NCBI GenBank assembly: GCA_052426225.1
Contig: JBNJNM010000021.1
Coordinates: 2,790,001 to 2,854,000, forward strand
DNA: 64,000 bases
Reading direction: 5' to 3'
Source: Zancudomyces culisetae HAW-14-8
Taxonomy: Eukaryota > Fungi > Kickxellomycota
Shown here: piece after piece, positions 59,236 through 64,000 of the stretch
Layout of the letters: the number at the start of each line of letters is the position of its first letter
How positions within the stretch are numbered: position 1 is the stretch's first letter
Program-made: the position numbers and the translations under genes
The notes under the pieces: model-generated
Told to the model about the DNA's origin: nothing
The model's database searches: none
Seen by the model: the letters and a program-made list of their open reading frames with translations, nothing else

Positions 59236-60005
59236 ATTTTTTCCTGTCTGTCTCAGTTATAGTTTGGTAATAAGAATAACAACGGAGAAAAAAAAGTCTC
59301 TTTTTCAAAGCAAAACGATCGTGTAAGGTATTTTCAAGAACACCAAGCGTAGCTGCAAATAAATATCTTAACGAACCGATGTTATCTATTTATAAACCCA
59401 ATAAACAACACATATGCTGAACCATATAGAGTTAATCGGGGAGTTTTCACTTTGGTTGCATGAACTTTGATGAAACAAGGGGAGGCTAAATTGAAACACT
59501 AAAGAAAAATAGATGCAAAAGTGCTGGTGTATCACAAGCTAGGTCAAAGGTAATTGTGCTGTTTTTTTTTAATAATCTTTTCACGCCTTAAGATTGTCTG
59601 CTAATCTCAATCGGAGGTGTATAGCGGAAAATAAACTCAGAGAATCTGGGATACAAAAGATATCCATATCCATATATCACCCAGTACGATTTTTTTTTCT
59701 TTAAAAAAGAAGGAACGTATACACCAAGAATGTGATATATCATGAAAACATCAATTCCAGTTGATATATGCCTGATTGGCTCCTGCTGTGCCTCTCTTTC
59801 TTGAAAGCATTCCGGTTTTTTCGTTTGGTGCATAAATCTTGAGCTCTCTTCTCTTCCATTTACTCACCCTAAAATTTTTTCCAATAATTTACATCAATTT
59901 GTTTTCGCGACTTGGATCACTCTTTGTTTGTAAACTTGATTATAGAAAAAGCAGTTTTAATTTTGTTCTTATTAGCGTATATAAACCAAAAGCGAATAGA
60001 TACAA

Positions 60006-61358
60006 ATGGGAAAGGGAACAGACAAGCTATATATAACACATTCAGAATGGTCAAATAAATTTAGCGAAGGCGGGATGAGCTTTGGAGGCAAAAGGGAGGG
60101 AATTGCGCGAATGAAGGCCAAAATTCTTCCATTCAAATGTTGTGCAGTTTCGCGGATGCCCTTCAAGACTCCAGTGTGCACATCAGAAGGAATAGTGTTT
60201 GATTATGAGAATATACTAGCATACTACAAAAAATACAAAAACAATCCAGTCACTGGAGAAGCAAAGGGGATAAAGATCAAAGAGCTAGTAAAGTTGAATA
60301 TTGCAGAAACTGAAACGGGTGAATACATGTGTCCGGTAACAGAAAAGGAATTTACAGAAAGCAGCAAAATTGTGGTGAATTTAAAGACTGGGAACGTATA
60401 TTCTTTAGGAACGGTAGAGGAGTTTAATTATAAGGCCAAAAACATGTTTGATTTGATTAGCAATGAGCCTTTTACCAGGAAGGACATAGTGGTGCTATAT
60501 GATATAGAATCGGTAGAATGGAGACGAATCGAGGATTTCTGGTATTTAAAAAATGGGATCGAATGGACGGACGTCAGTGAAGAGCAAAAACCAGAATTCG
60601 TCACCAGTAGTGGCGGAAAAATCAATGCAGGCGGGAATGCTAGTTTGGGACGAATATTGAAAGAAATAGCAAAAGATAGCGAATCAGAAAGGAACCAGGT
60701 TAGGGATGAACCCATTAAACAAATTGCAGGGGCCAAGAGAGGTTATGAAACGATATATACTACAGGCGAGACAGCTGCTTCGCTGACATCGACAGTGGTG
60801 GATGTGGTCACACAATCCAAGCGAATAGAACTGAGTGAGGAAGAAATGATGCTTGCAAAAGTGTCCAAGCCAAGCTATGTGACTATCAAAACAAACCATG
60901 GTGATATCAATGTTGAGTTATATTGTAAAGTGGCACCAAAAACATGTTACAATTTTGTGCGGTTGGCGGAGCAAGGTAAATACGACAACATGAAGGTGCA
61001 TCGATTGATAAAACACTTTATGGTTCAGATGGGTGATTATGATGGAAAAGGTGGGCAGAGTATTTGGGGTAAATACTTTGAGGACGAAATTAGTAAAAAG
61101 TATATACACAATGAGCGGGGAATATTGTCGATGGCCAATAAAGGGAAGAATACTAATGGATCGCAGTTTTTTATTACGTTTCGGGGTGCCAAACATCTAG
61201 ATGGAAAACATACAGTCTTTGGAAAAGTAGTAGGTGGGCTTAAGGTGCTTGATGAGATTGAACGGGTTCCTACGGGAAACGCTGATATCCCAAAGACAGA
61301 TATCGTTGTTGAGAGTATCAAAGTTTTGGTAAACAGCTTTAAACTAACCAAAAAATAG
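60006..61358 (+). CDS. PPIL2: U-box/RING-like plus cyclophilin protein (PPIL2/Cyp60)
   Basis: N-terminal MGKGTDKLYITHSEW, LPFKCCAVS..PVCT and YMCPVT; cyclophilin domain SMANKGKNTNGSQFFIT and HLDGKHTVFGKVVGG. Confidence 0.94.
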   Translation: MGKGTDKLYITHSEWSNKFSEGGMSFGGKREGIARMKAKILPFKCCAVSRMPFKTPVCTSEGIVFDYENILAYYKKYKNNPVTGEAKGIKIKELVKLNIAETETGEYMCPVTEKEFTESSKIVVNLKTGNVYSLGTVEEFNYKAKNMFDLISNEPFTRKDIVVLYDIESVEWRRIEDFWYLKNGIEWTDVSEEQKPEFVTSSGGKINAGGNASLGRILKEIAKDSESERNQVRDEPIKQIAGAKRGYETIYTTGETAASLTSTVVDVVTQSKRIELSEEEMMLAKVSKPSYVTIKTNHGDINVELYCKVAPKTCYNFVRLAEQGKYDNMKVHRLIKHFMVQMGDYDGKGGQSIWGKYFEDEISKKYIHNERGILSMANKGKNTNGSQFFITFRGAKHLDGKHTVFGKVVGGLKVLDEIERVPTGNADIPKTDIVVESIKVLVNSFKLTKK

Positions 61359-61667
61359 CATTGTGCCATCTATCAGATTAGGAAATGTAAAAAGATGGGT
61401 GTGTGGACGGGAAATTAGATGAACGAATGTGTGGATACCTGGAAAGTGAAAGGTGAAATTGGGGGAGATGCGAAAGTGGTTTAATTTTTATGAGTATGGT
61501 TGTGTAAATTATAAAGCTAAATTTCATTTCATCATATAGACCGAGAAAAACAAATGTGATTAAATAAAATTGTAACAAGAATTAAATGAATTCTGAATTT
61601 TATGGATACAACTGAATAAAAAAAGAGAGTAGAAGTAGGGAGGTGGTCAAAACGGAAATGTATCATA

Positions 61668-62897
61668 CTAACTAAATCTCCATCGGTTTTGGCACACCAA
61701 GCATGTCACGAACGTAGTCATCGGTTCATCAGCACTTCTAGTTTGCATCTGGAAGTATGTTGTGCGACGCTTCTTACATTTTCCACATTTGAACTGATCA
61801 GTTTCAGCCTCCTTAGGTGCAGCACCGCGAGCTCTGAACATATTTTCACTATTGATCTGTATATCAGCCAATTTTCGTTCTTCAGAGGCCATTTCCTGGG
61901 TGGTCATATTTACAAATCTGTCGGTACTCAAATCGCCACACAGAATGTTTTCTCTTAGAGCAGGATTTTTCTTGTCCTTTAGATTCAAAAAGTATGACCG
62001 TATTCGTTGTTTGTATACCTTTTCGTTGGCCTTGTTTTTCTCAAACTCCTTTGATTCGATTTCAATCGCCTTTTGGATTGCAATTTCGCTATCGATGTCG
62101 GAATCAGTAACCAGTGCATTGTACAGCATCTTGATTCCATTATCGCGCATTTTGTTTTCGGTGCTTTTGATTTTTACGCTGTCGCTATCAAAAGTCCTTT
62201 CCTCGGTCTTGCTACCATTAGTCTCGAGCTTTGCCTTTTTACTTTGCGACTCGTCTTCTTGCTGTTTAGTTTCGACCTCTTTTTTCCCTTCTTGTTCGTC
62301 TTGTGGCTTTAGACGTTTCCGATTCTCCAATTCTATTTTTTCTTTGTTGCCATTTTCCGAATCCTTTACCTTTTTTACGGGCTTTTCGTCCTTTTTTCTT
62401 TTATTAGAGGACATGCTCACATCTTTTTTCCATTTATCTACCACACCCTTTGCCAACTTGGATATCGCTTCATTTTTATCCGATCTTAGTTTTCCGACCA
62501 CCTGGCCTATTCCTGTGTTCTAATTGGTTTGTCACATACAACTTGTATTAATGAGGAGGAAATAGAAGAAGAATCTTCAAAGATATGAGGGGGAAAGTGT
62601 GAAGCTAATTCGGTTTTGAAGTCCCCTTCTGAGCATTAACAAGAACAAACAGATAACGAATACTTACTCTCAAAATACTTTCTGTGGCTGTCACGCTGTT
62701 CAATCTTTCCAAGATCGTTGTGATTTTCTAATTGTTTATAATTTCAGAGTACAACAAAAAAGAAATTAATATGGACAAATTAATTCCGATTTCCAAAGTA
62801 TCAATGAGTTTTTGTGCCGTCTTACCTCGACATTCTCCAGCTCTTGAGCCTTAACGAGTGCCTTTTTAAAAGTTACAATATCATCCAGTTCATACAT
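61668..62897 (-). CDS. DST1: Transcription elongation factor TFIIS; exons 62897-62826, 62727-62668, 62519-61668
   Basis: Zn ribbon FKCGKCK..QMQTRSADEPMTTFVTCLVC. Two GT-AG introns give N-terminal domain I (..ATESILR|NTGIGQVVGKLR). Confidence 0.96.
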
Positions 62898-63612
62898 TTT
62901 ATTGCACCCTCAAAATAGTTTGTTGTTGTAATAATAGTGGATATTTACATTTTTAGTATCGCTAAAATCGAAATATATCAAGGAGAAAAGGTTTGATTGA
63001 AGGAGAAAAAAAAATTTTTTTTGGAATTTTTTCCTCCCTATTTTGGGCTCGCAAAGGTCGTAGAAATGGAAAATATATTAAGCAATTACAACTGTTTTTT
63101 CTGTTATTTATTTTTTGTTGGATTTGTTTTGTTGATTTTGTCCAAATCTATGCGAATTTGTTTGTAATCAAATATATTATAGATAATAATGGGGGGAAAA
63201 AAGAGATGAATAGGGCGAGGGTGAGACTAAGCGAAAAATGAAGAATTGAAGGGGGAGTTTTTTCATTGTTTGTATAAAAAATAAATAAAAAACAGAAAAT
63301 GTGAAAATGAAAAGCTCGAATCCAAAAATGGTGTTGGAGATTAATAATCATCAAAGCACGTCAACATGCAGGTGGTGTGTCGAGAGACGCGAAAATTTCT
63401 TGAATATATGGGGATAAGATCCGGATACCAAGTATTAAGGATCAACTTTTCCGCATACCCCTTTAGCTGGATTCATGAAAAAAAAAGTGTGTAAATAAAC
63501 TCAGTGCACACATAATTTTGAATGATTTGCAGTCCCAATAATTGTACTTGGTGACTGGTTCTGGAAAATTAATCATCTCGCTTTATTTACTGGCTATTTT
63601 CAGTTAGCTGGA

Positions 63613-63646
63613 GACCAGACCAGACCAGACCAGGTCAGGTCAGATC
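63613..63646. repeat. Pentamer array (GACCA)4 switching to (GGTCA)2, quasi-palindromic
   Basis: gaccagaccagaccagaccaggtcaggtcagatc seen directly. Confidence 0.7.
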
Positions 63647-64000
63647 ACCGAAACCTACTATATAGATGTGAAATTTTGGTATGTGCTCTTGTACAGCGTC
63701 CATTGATGTCATACAGAAAAATATAACAGGTCAGTACCCATGTAGATACACCGTTTCCCCTAATTTTTACGTCTAGGTATTGATATTAAATTTTAATTCT
63801 TTCAAACTTTGTCGCTACCAAAGGTACTACAGTCTTGTCCTTGTGTGCCTGAGACTATAACACAGAGTTTCTTTTATTATAAGCGTGAATACAATCCATT
63901 TACCTATATTTATATATGTATACACTGTTGGTTTCAACGAGTAATAGTAGTCAGTTGTTTATTGATTATATTTACATTTGAAATAAATATATCTATAAAC

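Noticed and set aside
36555-62897. Apparent clustering of RNA-processing genes (RAI1, INTS11, AFG2, PPIL2, TFIIS) as a functional cluster
   Set aside because: They are interspersed with unrelated genes, and such genes are common in compact genomes. No shared regulatory element is evident, so synteny data would be needed.

Overview
Eukaryotic, AT-rich fungal genomic DNA with short GT-AG introns. A fungal class I myosin with an acidic C-terminal tail, URA5, MDM38 and RAI1 occur together with Integrator subunit INTS11, which points to an early-diverging (non-Dikarya) fungus. A Zoopagomycota/Harpellales-type insect-gut fungus is plausible, but that is inference. Housekeeping blocks at about 1-9 kb, 36-43 kb and 50-63 kb (MDM38, TTI1, URA5, SAP, RAI1, MYO1, CENP-L-like, INTS11, AFG2, ACAD10/11, PPIL2, TFIIS) flank two accessory regions. 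The first (about 19-35 kb) has three F-box-like/ankyrin paralogs at different stages of decay, a catalytically dead GPI-type trypsin homologue, a 131-aa 34-Cys metallothionein-like gene, an orphan 65-aa ORF and non-LTR retroelement debris. The second (44-50 kb) has three tandem active trypsins whose zymogen junction is Asn-Ile rather than Arg/Lys-Ile. A ~90-nt dispersed repeat with a conserved predicted stem occurs four times. TTI1 and URA5 carry nine single-base homopolymer frameshifts that most likely are assembly errors, so frameshift-only pseudogene calls need caution. GC skew changes sign several times, including inside single CDSs.
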